64,000 nucleotides of DNA, from the NCBI RefSeq assembly GCF_037042905.1, contig NC_087245.1:38876001-38940000 (forward strand), in the 5' to 3' direction. Both the position numbers and the translations under genes were made by a program. This document shows positions 1-13,667 of this stretch, piece by piece (within the stretch, counting starts at the first letter, position 1; every line of letters starts with the position of its first letter). The notes below the pieces were generated by a model that saw nothing but the letters and a program-made list of their open reading frames with translations, had not been told where the DNA came from and did not search any database. The stretch is from Lytechinus pictus. Taxonomy: Eukaryota.

Positions 1-284
1 GTCTTGGTCGTCGTTGTCACCGTTGTCGTCGATGAAGGGCTCGTTGTTGTCGTCATTGTTCCGGCTCTTGCCGCAGTCGTCGAGGGTGTGTTTGGAGGTC
101 CTCCTGCCCCAGGAGTGCTTGGTGCTGATGATAGGGCTGCAGACAGGGATTCTGTTGACATGGCCAATCGCTTGAGTTTGTCTCCTGGAGTAGAAGGGGG
201 TGTCTTTGTCCCACCATGATACCATTGTCCTGTCTTTGTCAGGTATTCCTGCTTCTTCCGACAAAGCTTGCACACCCATAACAC
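1..284 (-). CDS. RIMS: RIM/UNC-10 next exon: last zinc-finger CxxC, SGAWF-like motif and S/T/P-rich linker; continues past window start
   Basis: Acceptor tcatctttacatccag|GTG, phase 0, matching the upstream donor. Open frame VLWVCKLCRKKQEYLTKTGQWYHGGTKTPPSTPGDKLKRLAMSTESLSAALSSAPSTPGAGGPPNTPSTTAARAGTMTTTTSPSSTTTVTTTTK, comparable to RIM VMWVCNLCRKQQEILTKSGAWF. Absent from the ORF track. Confidence 0.95.
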   Translation of the reverse strand, partial: MLWVCKLCRKKQEYLTKTGQWYHGGTKTPPSTPGDKLKRLAMSTESLSAALSSAPSTPGAGGPPNTPSTTAARAGTMTTTTSPSSTTTVTTTTK

Positions 285-1317
285 CTGGATGTAAAGATGA
301 AAAAGAACAAGTTCAGATAAACATTCTGGTCATTGACTCACATTTAAGGAAAACCAAGAATGGCTAAAGTACACATTTTACATGGCTATTGCAACAATAA
401 TTGAAGATAATTACCATATCATACTTGGATAACAAATATAATACACTGGCTCCATCTACTTTGTCATTATGGTTCCAAGTCATTTTCATTTTGAAAAAAA
501 AAATAATTTAGCTAATATAGTGCAAAATTAAGAAATATTTTCATTCAAAACCCAGAATAAACCAATACTTAAAAAAATAGAATTGGTGCATTTGGTTTTT
601 AGTCATGAAAAAAAAAATCATTTAGTTGATCAATACACCAAGAATAAAATAAAAGACCTTGAAGAAAGAAAAAAATCTTATGGATAAGTATATGATTATA
701 ATAATAAGCTATTGAAAATGAACAAAAGCTGTGGCAAAAATAGTCAAAAGAAGAAGTATATCAACTGACAAAGAGAACAATCCCGGAGTTTAAAGGAGAG
801 ACTTTTTGATGTAAAATTAAAGCTGCAAGTGTAATGAAACAATGTCACTGTAATGCACTTTGGCTGTAACCTTGTTATATTTATACTAGGTCTTTATGCT
901 TTAAAATGCGGGAAGTTTTCATCCCTAAAAATCTGTATCGGACAGTGCAGTCTGTGCTCCACGGCCAATCGAAATCAGGTCTGGCAACACGTCAGATGAC
1001 ACAAGGCTCTACAGAGGAGCATTACATGAAAAGTATTGTCAGTGCTATTTTTGCTCTCAGCTGATTAGATGCAAGGATTTTCAGAAGCTTATAATATTTA
1101 TCTGTACAAATCACCAACAAACTCTTCATCAAACATACGTTCCCATTTACCAACATACAAATACCAAACAAAAATGTTTAAGTTTGAATGCAATAAGAAA
1201 GCCAAGACAAAACAATCCAGTTTGGAAGCCTGTACATCCATGTAGTGTCCATACCAAAATATTGATTTACATAACCAGCATAAAATAGAGAATATACCCC
1301 AGATACCGTACCATTAA

Positions 1318-1776
1318 GGGGAAGTTCTCCATGACAATTTTTCATTGTTAAAATGGCAACAAACATAATAAAAAGATATTGGTGAAAATTTTAGGAAAAT
1401 CTATCAAACACTAAAAAAGTTTATATAATTTTAATTTTTGACTAACCCTAACCCTACCATATATCATGTAGTAAAAAAATCAATGAAATATCAGTTTCTC
1501 AAAAATTGAAAACAGTTTTAATTGTACCTTCAGTATATCAATGGACTAATCAATTGACGCTCGCTCCTGATAGAGACACATTTTCAGTCATCAAAAATCA
1601 ATAGAAAAATCAGAATTTTATACATTTTGCATGGATTATCATCCTTGTCACAAATCAAAAAATTAAAATTTTAATAACTTTCTTAATATTTGATGGATTT
1701 TCCTCCAACCTTAACCAATATTTCTATTTTTTCTGGTGTTTTTACAACAATATTTTTGTCAGGCTGACCTTCCTCT
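1318..1776. mobile_element. Degenerate TTAA-flanked MITE (Kolobok-like)
   Basis: TTAA at 1314-1317 and 1777-1780. Ends GGGGAAGTT... and ...ACCTTCCTCT, with imperfect long inverted arms. Confidence 0.6.
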
Positions 1777-2980
1777 TTAAGTGAAAGGGGTGATTTGGGC
1801 ATAGAACTGAAGAAGGGGTACTTTGGTTTGGAGGATTGAATTGATGGATAGGATCTAAGAAGGGTCATGCTTTTATTTCCATTCCATACAAACCAAAAAC
1901 AAATTTCTCCTACTTGTTTCCTTTAGCAAAATAAATCCAAAACATCATGTATCGCACTCCTTCATTTTATTGCAATTTTGGTGTATTTCTGCTTTCATTC
2001 ACAAACCTTTTAAGCACCGTTTACTTTGGAAAAAATTGTGAAAATTTTAGTTTATAGGAGTGAATTCAATAGCGTAGATTTTCACTCATATTGACCCTGT
2101 ATTGACTCTTTTTTTTTTACAAAAATCGAACATTCTTAATAACTTCATTCCAGAGTAAATATAATCCCAAAACATATATGATTTTTCATATATATATACA
2201 AATGCTCCCCATATCAGCAAAGCAAATCATATACATACAAGGGTTTTTTTTAAGGTAAAGGCCGCAATCAATAACTTCATACTATAAACATACGTGCACA
2301 CAGGGTATAATGAAAATTCTCATTCTCAATGGAAGAACCTGAATAGGGACAAATTAATATACAAGAAAAACAAATAAATTACCATATTCATTAATTGCAT
2401 GTATATGTACATTCCAAAGACAATTTGGATTATCGATTGAATATGCCATCATCATATAAAACATGCTCTAGCTCAAGAGTGAATGTAGCACATAAAATAT
2501 GTATTATCATTGTTAATTGGGCTTACATTAAAAAAGGAATGGGATTATTCAACTCCGTACTAAAATATGCGATATTTATTACTCATTTTCTCAGTTGAAA
2601 TACTCAGCTGATTTTAGAATTCAATCCATATATCCTGATCATTTTTCTACCTCATAATCGTGTCATTTCTTAGGGAGACTAAAGCCAAATAATTTGGAAA
2701 TCTTATTGGCATGAAAAGGTTTTTGTATGCAGTTATCCTGAACAGTGAAATAATGACAAAGCAACTCTATTTGTTACAATGGGCTAGTTGCCCGTTGTAA
2801 CAAATATAGTGGGACGTAAACTTGCTTCACATTTAGAATTTTCAGTCAAAGCTTGATTTATGAAATGAAAATGCTATGTATTAAACTGAATACGGAAAAG
2901 ACAAATTTCTTAGCCTAGTACATGTATAATTAATAAGAATTTGCTTAATCCAAGTTTTGAATTGAATACCAAACATAGAA

Positions 2981-3167
2981 CAGGGGTGTCAGTGGTCACA
3001 AATGAAAAGATATGAAAAAAACCTTAAGAGTGTTGAAAAGATCTGAAATAGAAAGAGCTCCCATACTTTTTTATACAGAGGAAAGCCAAAAATAAGCTGA
3101 AACTAAGCTGAAAACGAAAACAAAAAAAATCTGAAATCAGCCAAAAATCTGAACTCTCACACCCCTG
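2981..3167. mobile_element. hAT-like MITE with 6-bp target-site duplication
   Basis: Terminal inverted repeats CAGGGGTGT/ACACCCCTG. ATAGAA direct repeat at 2975-2980 and 3168-3173. Internal CTGAAA repeats. Confidence 0.7.
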
Positions 3168-3406
3168 ATAGAATTCATACAAAAGATTGAAAGTTGAAAA
3201 TTACTGTTATGGTAACATTGCCACCCAATGGTTAACTTTCCTGAAATCCTTTATTGTGATTGGCTGTTGAACATCGTTTATGTTACCATGATTACCATTT
3301 GAATACAAAGTCACCAAATAGTAACTCTTATGCAACAGGCAAATGTTGTACAATTTTTAAAATCATGCAATAATCCATCATCACATACATTTTCCTGTAG
3401 CCAATG

Positions 3407-3619
3407 CACTCTCAAAATTGTTAAACTAACCTATAAAGCCCCCTACAAGATGCTTAAAAATGAATCAACTAATTAATTGTTGATTAAAACAGTATTGCAT
3501 GCAAAAGGAGTTAGAACTTTTTAACCAACATTTGGTTGGTTCATATTTCTTTTTAACCAACATTTGGTTGGTTCATATTTCATTCAATGTTTTGGTTGAT
3601 AACAAAAATTCTGAGAGTG
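3407..3619. mobile_element. CACT...AGTG MITE; related copy at about 42160-42572
   Basis: Ends CACTCTCAAAA / TTCTGAGAGTG. Internal tandem duplication of about 30 bp (ttttaaccaacatttggttggttcatatt). Confidence 0.55.
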
Positions 3620-4389
3620 CACAAGCTAGACACCTCTATCATACAAGAAATTGAAACAGTAGTATTTCTGTAGTATTTCTCGTTATTGGAATAACCTTGT
3701 GTAATAATGATTATCCTTGCAACTCTCTTGTGCATAACAAAATATGTTGTGTTGTAAACAAGTTTTTTTCCCCCTTTTTTATTTCACCTCAGCTCATTAA
3801 CCCACTTCTTAGGTAAATTCAGCATAATGTCTACTGAGAAATTAATTGCAGAAAATTCTAGGAGACTTTCTTAAGATTCACAACACTATTTGCTGGACAT
3901 GGCTTTAGGCTCAAATCCAGCTATTCCAATTTTGATAATTATGTCACACTGATTTGTCATTCTAGCATAGTAATCTATGAACCTTCAATTATGCTATCAT
4001 CTATAGAAAAAGTAAAAACTTAAAATCTGCTGAAGCCAATTTGAAGAACACCAGCTCAAGATCTAAACTATTATAGTTCCTGGATTTTTACCAAATATGC
4101 AACATTTTTCATCATAAAATGACCAATAACATATACATCATATTATCATGTCCCCGATTTCAATGGAAAGCATGGGTTCTTTGTTCAATATTTAGTTTTC
4201 TTGCATTCTCTGACATCTTGAATCCAACATAATTCTAGATCATAATAGTACTTAATTGTGAAATTATGACACAACCGTCACAAAAGAATCTGGAGACTAT
4301 TGATCTCGCTTTTTTTTCTTCATTTTCTTTTTCCTTCTTTCTTTAAAAAAAATATACATTCAACTGGATTCATGGTCAAATTTCTACCA

Positions 4390-4630
4390 TGTTGTATTTG
4401 TTTTGTTTATACTGTTCATACAAATATGTAATAGGTGGCTGCATTCTACAAGCTTTGCTTTTTAGCAGCTTCCTCCGTTTCCGACCTGATACATGGTTAT
4501 CTTGATTATTATACATATTATACATATAAGTTTCCTTGTTTTATTGATTACAATTATATCGAGATGTATGTAACAAAACTTATTGTAAATGATTGTTGGA
4601 AATGGAAAATAAATTAAATGAAATGAAAAT
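4390..4630 (+). mobile_element. LINE (CR1/L2-like) 3' end relic
   Basis: Hairpin around TACAAGCTTTGCTTTT at 4433-4474, then AATAAA and an (AAATG)n tail. Confidence 0.55.
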
Positions 4631-4984
4631 ACATAACAGGTAACAAAGACTTCCTTTTTTTTCACAAATTGACGGCTGTCAGTTTTCGCCAACGGTTTAT
4701 ACTTTAACAACTGAGATCTGTCACCTCATGAAAATCCCCAAATGTGAGTAATGTGACGTTGTATACATCTTCATAAGCAGAGTTGCACAATGCTTCCATT
4801 CTTGATGGATGACATTTTATTAATTAATTACTTGAGAAAAATGTGAAGTATTACTATTATAATTCCGTTTATTGATGGTATGCATGTAATCTCACATCTT
4901 ACATTAGTGCTTCTTCCCCCCTTAACCCCATTTTTTTTGCTGAAGGAGTGTTTCACTTAATTTTGATCTAAGATTTTTACTCTT

Positions 4985-5155
4985 TAATTTTATTATTTGT
5001 AATGTATTAATGTATCGTGGTGACCCCTTTTATAAGCATCGCTTCTCCGGGGTCTCCGAACCATCTATTTTTTTTCTGATACTTTGTTAATACTGTATAT
5101 TGTACTGTTTTTATCCTTTTGATGGTTGAATAAATAAATGAATTGAAATTGAATT
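4985..5155 (+). mobile_element. LINE (CR1/L2-like) 3' end relic
   Basis: Hairpin GGTGACCCC..AAGCATCGCTT..GGGGTCTCC, AATAAA at 5129, (GAATT)-like tail. Confidence 0.55.
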
Positions 5156-6949
5156 ATTCGAGTTCATTTATTGATCATGTAATGATTTTTACTTGTGTAT
5201 ATTTTGAAATTATTAAACTCAATAAAAAGCCTTTTGGAGAGCTAAAAACCCCTTTTTAATTTTTTGTCCCAGAACTTGACTATAAGAGTTAATACTCTCC
5301 ATTAAATTAATCCATGCATACAGTTAGGAAAGTTAGCTGGATAAAAATAAATATGGATGCGCCGAGCTGCCCATCCTCTTACATTTACTTTGCTAATGAG
5401 TAACTTTGGTAACGTTTCGTGGGGGGGGTGGCGGTGAGCACTCAGTAATGGGAAAATGGAGTGAGACAGAGCGAGAGTGACAGAGAGAGAGAGAGAAAGA
5501 AAGAAAGAGATATGGAATACAAGCATTGCTTTTATACCTTGGCTGCAAATGTCAATACATTGGTGTACAAATAATTCATGGATTCTCGGCAAGATTATCA
5601 CCACTCCTTGCATATCAATCAATCGTTCTTTTCTACGGCTTCAGGATCGGAGATGGAAAAAAAAAAGAGTCTCTCGTTTTCATCATGCCTCAATGCACAC
5701 GGGTGATAAAGTGTCTACTCATTTGCATAGATATGGCCTCTGGCCGTGGCAACTCCAGCTCCTACAGTTAACTGGTTAATTTGACAATCAGCATTTTACT
5801 GATGTTAATGTACAGATATATAAGTGCATATACAATAGACAAATTGCATATTGTATCTCCCATGGTGAGGCTTTTATCTTGGAAACTAAGATATAAAGTG
5901 AGTTCAAATTGCTTCAACTAGCTTTTATTGACCAGAGTTGACATTCCATCTAAATGAACTCTTCTGTGATATGAAATGTTGAAATAAAAATGATTATTAT
6001 TATTGTTTTTTTTTTTGGGGGGGAGGGGTGGGGGAGTTATTTGGAATTTCGATGCCATAACACTGTAAAAGTATAGAGTAAAAGTCATATAATTTGATGC
6101 TGTGAAACCTTCTGGTGTTAAAGAATGGAGTTTGGTTATAACACAGTGTTTATAAATAAAACAGACAGGATACTTATTACCAGAATGGTGTTCATCTCAC
6201 ACAATAAACTTATCACTAGTGTAAAATGTAGATGCGGTCCTCTCAAAACTGACATAATTCTAACAGCACTGGTTTTTTAAGTGTAGTGATGACTTTTGCA
6301 CAAAAAAATATAATTCAAACAGGTCCCAAATACTGGAATGATATCCATCAAAGCCTTAAACGAAAAACAACATACACACGTTAAAAATCATCCAAAACTT
6401 TCATCGATTCATGAATACCTTCAATACTACTTTCAAATTCTCTATTTGGCACGATACTTTGACTGTCGATCCTTTTCTATTTCCAATTCTAAGATGACCA
6501 CCATACTAGTTTTCCTTTGGTTTACCACTTTATTTTTTTCTTTAAATTTGTGATTTTATTGTTTTTGTCTTGTTCTGTTATTTTTTTTCTCTCTCTGTCA
6601 TCAAAAAATCTATAATGTTCTTCATTATATTTGATCATATTCACCCTTCCCTACTTTTAATTGACTATGATTAAAATCTCAATTCATTTCCAGAGGGGCT
6701 TATCAATACAAGCTTTATTTTTAGTAAGTTCCTTATTTTCATATATTAATCATGAACTGTAATTATTTAATTATTCATTTATCAAAATATTTTTTGAGAC
6801 TACAACTTATTTATCTACCTATCACTTTTCTATAATATCATTTGTAACTAAAATATCTATTATGACGTTTATTCTGCTTTGTATAATTATGTATGTATAT
6901 GTTTGTTGTTATGTTGTTGTTGTTATGCTTTTCCTTGATTATAATTTTT

Positions 6950-7235
6950 TTTTAATTCAAGACTTAAACCAATTTCAGCTTGGAGTGTTTATGTACATGT
7001 ATAAGAACAGTATGGTTCCTTTTGCATTTCATATGTTTTCTTAAAATAACAATTTTCATAGGTATCCTACCAGACATGCCGATAACTTTCATTTACCTAT
7101 CCTAAGAACTTGTTTTGCTCAAAATACTTTTATTTTCACCGGCCCCAAATTTTGGAATTCCCTCCATAAAGATATTCAACAGGCCCCCTCCATCCACTCC
7201 TTTAAGAGAAAACTAAACATATTTCTGTTAAGTCA
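6950..7235 (+). pseudogene. CR1/L2-clade LINE ORF2 C-terminal fragment
   Basis: Translates ...QLGVFMYMYKNSMVP...*...HRYPTRHADNFHLPILRTCFAQNTFIFTGPKFWNSLHKDIQQAPSIHSFKRKLNIFLL. This is the typical H.Y.TR..GPK.WNSL..FK..L end of CR1-type ORF2, with an internal stop. Confidence 0.85.
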
Positions 7236-8396
7236 CGCTCTCTTCGATCCACGTCTGCACTCTCGTTCTTGTCCCCCCCCCCCTCTCTCTCTCTCTTTCT
7301 GACCCTTTCTCTCTACATAAATATCTGTGTGTGTGTGTGTCTCCCTCTCTGTCTGTCTCTCCCAACTTATCTTTTACCTCTCAGTCTCTTCCTCTCTTGC
7401 TCCCCTTTCAGTACTTTATTCCTTCTCTCTCCCCTCTATTCTTTGTCATGTCTTTGTTTTCTTTTGCGTTTTTAGTATCGTTCCGCATCTCTGTCATCTT
7501 TTTATTATTTCTCGTTATTACTCACCATCTTATCATTATTCCCAATATTCTATTTTAACTTAATTGCATTTTCTTACGCCTACACATGCGAATAAGTCCC
7601 AATTATCAAATGTTTGATATAAACACCGAGTCTACTGTGAATTACTGTCATACTGACTATGATGTAGAGCTCATCTTACAATGAGAGAATAATTGCATGA
7701 TAATGATAACAATAGGCAATTGTATAGTGCCAAATAGATATCAAAACTTATATCACCATTGCATAAAGTGATCTGATAAACAAATAAGCCTATGTTGGAT
7801 ATGAGGGTGAAAAAAGATATTGTTGAAACGAGAAGAAAGTATTAAAATATATAAACAGATGATATTAAGAATACAAGGTTGGACTCACGGATAAGATTAC
7901 TGCAAAGCTAGATATAAGGTTCAACGGAAAACAATACTAAAACGCAAAGTAGTGGACGTCATGATATAAACACTCTGCTCTGAAGTCCTCTAACAGAATT
8001 TCCTGTCATGAATAGAGATATATATATAGTTTTATGGTCTGAGGTCCTTGCTTGATGCGAGCTATTTCAAATTATGTAATTCTGTTAGGAATACACTGCG
8101 GAATAGCAGAGAAAACAGGGGGGCTATTTGTTCAATTTGCCAGTGAGGAGAGTGGACGGGCTGACATTTCATTTGATATATGCCTATGACTACAATATAC
8201 ATGTACGCTCACTTTACTGACTGTAATACCTTTCTGAGGTAATATACCTTCTCTCATCTCTCTCTCTCTCTCTCTCTCTTTCTCTATGCTTCTCTCCACC
8301 TTTCTCTTTCCCTCAATCAATTGTTCTCTGTTTCTATCTTTCTCTCTGATTTATATAATATACTGCTTTGAATTCTTGGAGATTTGTTATTTAATC

Positions 8397-8608
8397 CAAG
8401 GGGCAGATCCAGGATTTTCCAAAGGGGGGGGGGGTTACATTTTCCCCCGAGGAAAAATTTGACAAGCAAAAAAAGAAAAAGTCTTCACTTTCAAAGGGGG
8501 GAAACACTTTTGTTTCAACGGCATTTTTACATTAATGATTTTGATTATGCACTCAAAAGGTGGGAGGCATGGGCCGGCTGTGCTCCCCCTCCCCTGGAAC
8601 CGCCATTG
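8397..8608. mobile_element. G/C-ended MITE (hAT-like)
   Basis: Ends CAAGGGGCAGATCCAGG and CCTGGAACCGCCATTG form imperfect inverted repeats. No clear target-site duplication. Confidence 0.55.
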
Positions 8609-10424
8609 GAAATCCTATTCTTTGTTTTCGTTTTACATAAATTTCTTTTATTCCCTCCCATGATCTTTATTCCCCATTTGTACCCCCCCCCCCCTCAGCT
8701 TGATCTTTATCTCTCTCTCTTTCTGTCTTTATCTCTCCTTTTATCCTTTAAGTCACATGTTGCTAGTACTATTTAATCATTCAAATAATAAATTTCTTAT
8801 CATATTCTGTCCTAATAAGCAGATGTCTATTTTTTTCCCTTTTATTATGTTGAAAAGCAGAATGATCCCTATCTTAAATATCAATTATCCTATCTTTTAT
8901 TTCAAATCAGTTATTCATATCTTTGAGAACAGTTTTGTAATACAAGTAAATATAATGTGTTTAAATAACTTGTACATATTATGTAATTGTTTTTCTCTAT
9001 AAAAGGCATTTATAAAGATAATTCCATTTTGCACTTCATAAGTCGAGCTTTATCATCATCATCATCAATATTATCATCAATTATCATTAATATTATTATT
9101 AGTAGTAGTAGTAGCAGTAGTAGTAGTTGTTGTAGTAGTAGTATCATTGTTATTGTTATTGTCAATACATGTATTACTAGAATTTCCTCTCAGAAATGTG
9201 CCCATCAAAGCATCAAAAGCATAAAAAATAATTCACTCACTGAAGGGATCTAGAAGGTGTCTTTTATCATGGACTATTATCCTTTTCTCCCCATCTTTGA
9301 AAATACATTACAAATATATATTTATATCTTATCTTGGATTCTCACATGATAACCTTCAGGCTTAATCTTCTATATGAAAGCGACGATTATTCATCTTCAT
9401 AAATAATTCTACAAAAAAAAACATGTTGTCATGGATCTGCCGTCAAAAAGCACATTCCGAATGAGGAGCTACCTGCTGAATAAATACATCTATCTCCCCG
9501 TCTCTCTGACGGACAACGGCGACGACATCCACACAAGTGTAATATATTGGGTATACACGGCCCACATCAGTTGGTGATGTTTTATGGCCACACATAACAC
9601 CTTCCATATACACACACACACACAAACCTGCCATGTTATGTGCGTGCACCGGAACTCAACGGCCAAGCAGACCATAATACACTTAAACATAATGAACGAT
9701 ACGTTCAGAGGACCGTGCAGCCGAATACATTTAACTTGACTTTCCCTTCTCTTCTTGTTCGTGAAATCTCTCGTGCTGTCTATCTCCTATCTCCCTCCCT
9801 CTCCTTCTTGTTGGTCATTCATGTATCCCCACCCATATCTTCCATCCCCTATCCCCAATATCTTTCTTTCTATCACCATCATCTTCTCATTCTTGTTGTC
9901 ATTCTATCCCATTCTAAAAAAATACATATTTAAGAGAGCCGCTAAATATTTCGTTTAAATTTCTATTTTAAACACGTTTCACTATTTGTATATTTTGCAA
10001 AAAGTGATTCCCCCTTTTCTTTATTTTATTTTCTCCCTGCTCTCTCCCTTATTTCTTTTATCTCTATTTTTTCATCAATTTCTAGTCATGCATGGTAGTG
10101 TCCGGTAAAGTATCTATCTTATTTCATAATTTCTTGCAGGATTTCTAATGTTAAAGGATTATATTTCTTGACCGTGCATTTTGTAAAATACAGCTATGTA
10201 ATATGGATGTATTCTCCTATTCTCTAAATTGTCTATTATTTTACTTTTTTCTGAAGTGTTATCGATTTTTCTTCTGATACAATTTTTCAATTTACAATGC
10301 AAATCCCTCTACCAAAACCCCCTTCTCTCTGTGTGTGATGATGAATCTCTTTAATTTTCCCACTCTAAATAATTTAAGATAAGCTAGTCCATTTTACATC
10401 TTTCCTCTACCCCCTACCACACCC

Positions 10425-11165
<741 letters not shown>

Positions 11166-11360
11166 CCATGTCCAAACAACTCCCCGGCTGCCTGCACAGC
11201 AGAATCAGCAAGTGTACACTCATCCCCTTGCATGTTGACATACACATAAAGGAATGGCCTACACCGGGCACGGAGAAAGCTCATCCGATAGAACGAGATA
11301 CAGAGGGAGCATGAGGAGCAAGTAGACAGAGAGAGAAAGGGAGAGAGAGAGATGGAGCTG

Positions 11361-11368
11361 TGACGTCA
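11361..11368. promoter_or_regulatory. Palindromic CRE (TGACGTCA) in a CpG-bearing island (about 11170-11500)
   Basis: Exact TGACGTCA next to a (GA)n run and a CpG cluster. Function unproven. Confidence 0.35.
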
Positions 11369-12301
11369 TACCGCCGATCGAAGAAGATTCAGGGTTATAC
11401 CCCGTTCTGCTTCTTCCTCTATCGAGATATGGACGAGATGCACCAATCGGGTGGCCTGATCAAGGTCTATGGAGCAAGGACTCCACACCACATACGGAAT
11501 TCAAACTAAACGTACAGTCTATAAAAATTCCTTCTCCATGCATGGTGTAATTCATCTTCCAAAATAACAATAAAACATTTCAAAATGTCCTAGGAGTAAT
11601 CTAATTGGTGATTAAGCTTTGAATAAGAATGCTGTCCTTCGAACATGTCGATTATTAAATGAGAGATATTTTTTTATCACATGTAAATGTTTATAATATT
11701 CTTTTTACAATATCAGATCCTTTGCAATAAGACACTCACTCATTAGCATTAGAAATAAAAATAATTCAACTTCCTTCACTGTCCTATAGTTATTTTGTGT
11801 ATTCTCACCACTTTTAAACATTTTAAGTGCTATAACTATTCAGTCAAATTATATATCCCCTCAATTGAAAGGGCAATGAATATGCAAACATTGTACAAGA
11901 GAGAATGACCCATTTTTTTTTCATTATGAATAATTGACCCCCTCACAGCTGCAACTGTACATCCCACACCAATAACACTTTAGGTACGTGTTGGCCCTTG
12001 ACGTCTCTTTAATAGTCTGTAAATAGTCCCACCCAATGAAGAACAAAGTTGGTATGCCATTACGAGGCAAAGGGGTCATTAATCTTTACCTTTAAGGTGG
12101 AATTTTGGGCTGGTATCTAATACAGAATGTTTGCCACAAATGTAAGCAGAATCCAGTTTATGATAACGGTAAAGTTATTAATTTTGTTGATTAATTCTAC
12201 CCAAAATTTGTGATTTAGGCTTATGGTTTTTGGAGCCTTGAGTGGCAAAGACTTCATAAACATTTCTTGAGATCATTTGAATGTTTTTTCAGATTCATTA
12301 A

Positions 12302-13150
12302 CTCTTTGCCCGCCACGGACGACTCGCGGCACATACAGCGGACTGCCAACGACGACTCAAGTCACAGTTCGCACACAATGCATACGGAACGCATTTAATT
12401 GTAATTGTGTGCACACACATACAATAGCGACGCATGTATTGCATTGTTTACGAATCTAGCTTTCATGTTATAGCTTTCGCCGACGTTGTTTACATAGAGA
12501 TTTTTCGCGTAAAATTGAGTTTTTTAAACTGCTTTAGGATATATTTCGATGAGCTTTCAATAGCTTGCACTGCTTTCCTTGTAATAAAAGAATGATACAA
12601 ATTACCACCTCCCTATTACAATAAGGGGATCAAAGTATCAATAGACGGGTAGTCTCCCAGGACGGGAACAATTCTATTGAGAAGTAGCCAGGGACAATTT
12701 CAATAGAAGAGTTTAGTTCATTGTCAGTTTACTCTTTTTGAATGCCCCATTTCAATCCTAAACTGCTTAGCTCATAATGACCATATAGACATGGATTTGA
12801 TATGTAATGAAAGCTAAAGAACACATCTTTTCAATGGACTAACTTAGAAATTTAACCTTCATTAGAAAAAATTGAATATAAGAGGTATAAAATACCCTCC
12901 TAAACAAAAAATTGGAAACAGAATGTAAAGTTAAAATTCTCAAAATCTATGATTTTATATATAGCAAAAATGATACCATTGGCAAGAATATTTATTTCTC
13001 TAAAACTTTGCTACACAATTTTTTTCAATACGACAAACTAGTAAAAAGTTATTGCTAGTTGAATAAGACAGTGCATGCAAACCCCCTCTGAATGTGGCAC
13101 CCCAAAATTAATGTGGCGCAGAGGGGATAGTGTACGTGGCGGGCAAAGAT
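12302..13150. mobile_element. Non-autonomous piggyBac-like DNA transposon (849 bp)
   Basis: TTAA at 12298-12301 and 13151-13154. TIRs CTCTTTGCCCGCCACG / CGTGGCGGGCAAAGAT (15 of 16 match). No transposase ORF. Confidence 0.8.
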
Positions 13151-13354
13151 TTAACCACTGGCAAATTTTATGAGACAAGGATTTCCATTGTCCATTTGTT
13201 ATAAGCTACTAAAATACTTTCATCTGATTGGCTCAGAGCAAATTTGCCTGTGAATAATCACTTATTTGTATCATAACCCCCCCCCTTGTTGACAATGCTA
13301 TGTAAAGTATATCAATCTATAGTAAATTAAGAGGCTTTTTTATAGGAGGAAATC

Positions 13355-13667
13355 ATAACTTGTTAACAAATTTTTTCGGCACCACTCCTATTTGTTTAAG
13401 ATCAGTATGCTCGATCCGTAATGAAAATCATAAGATCAGTATGCTCGATCTGTAATGAAAATCATAAGATCATAAGTCAGAAAAAAATTGGAACCAGTGG
13501 GATTCGATGGCAGGTTCGAATCCCACTGGTTCCAATTTTTTTCTGACTTATGATCTTATGATTTTCATTACAGATCGAGCATACTGATCTTATGATTTTC
13601 ATTACGGATCGAGCATACTGATCTTAAACAAATAGGAGTGGTGCCGAAAAATTTGTTAACAAGTTAT
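13355..13667. repeat. Near-perfect inverted repeat made of two copies of a tRNA-derived SINE 3' part
   Basis: Arms 13355-13507 and 13516-13667 differ only by one base of a T/A run. 8-nt loop TGGCAGGT. Arms are homologous to the SINE at 42277-42466. Confidence 0.95.

Noticed and set aside
4..219. Plus-strand 71-aa Val-rich ORF
   Set aside because: Antisense shadow of the real minus-strand RIM exon.
6994..7001. TACATGTA in the CR1 relic as a second proven insertion
   Set aside because: The FMY-x7-P spacing fits the usual CR1 pattern without an insertion, so it is not evidence of a footprint.
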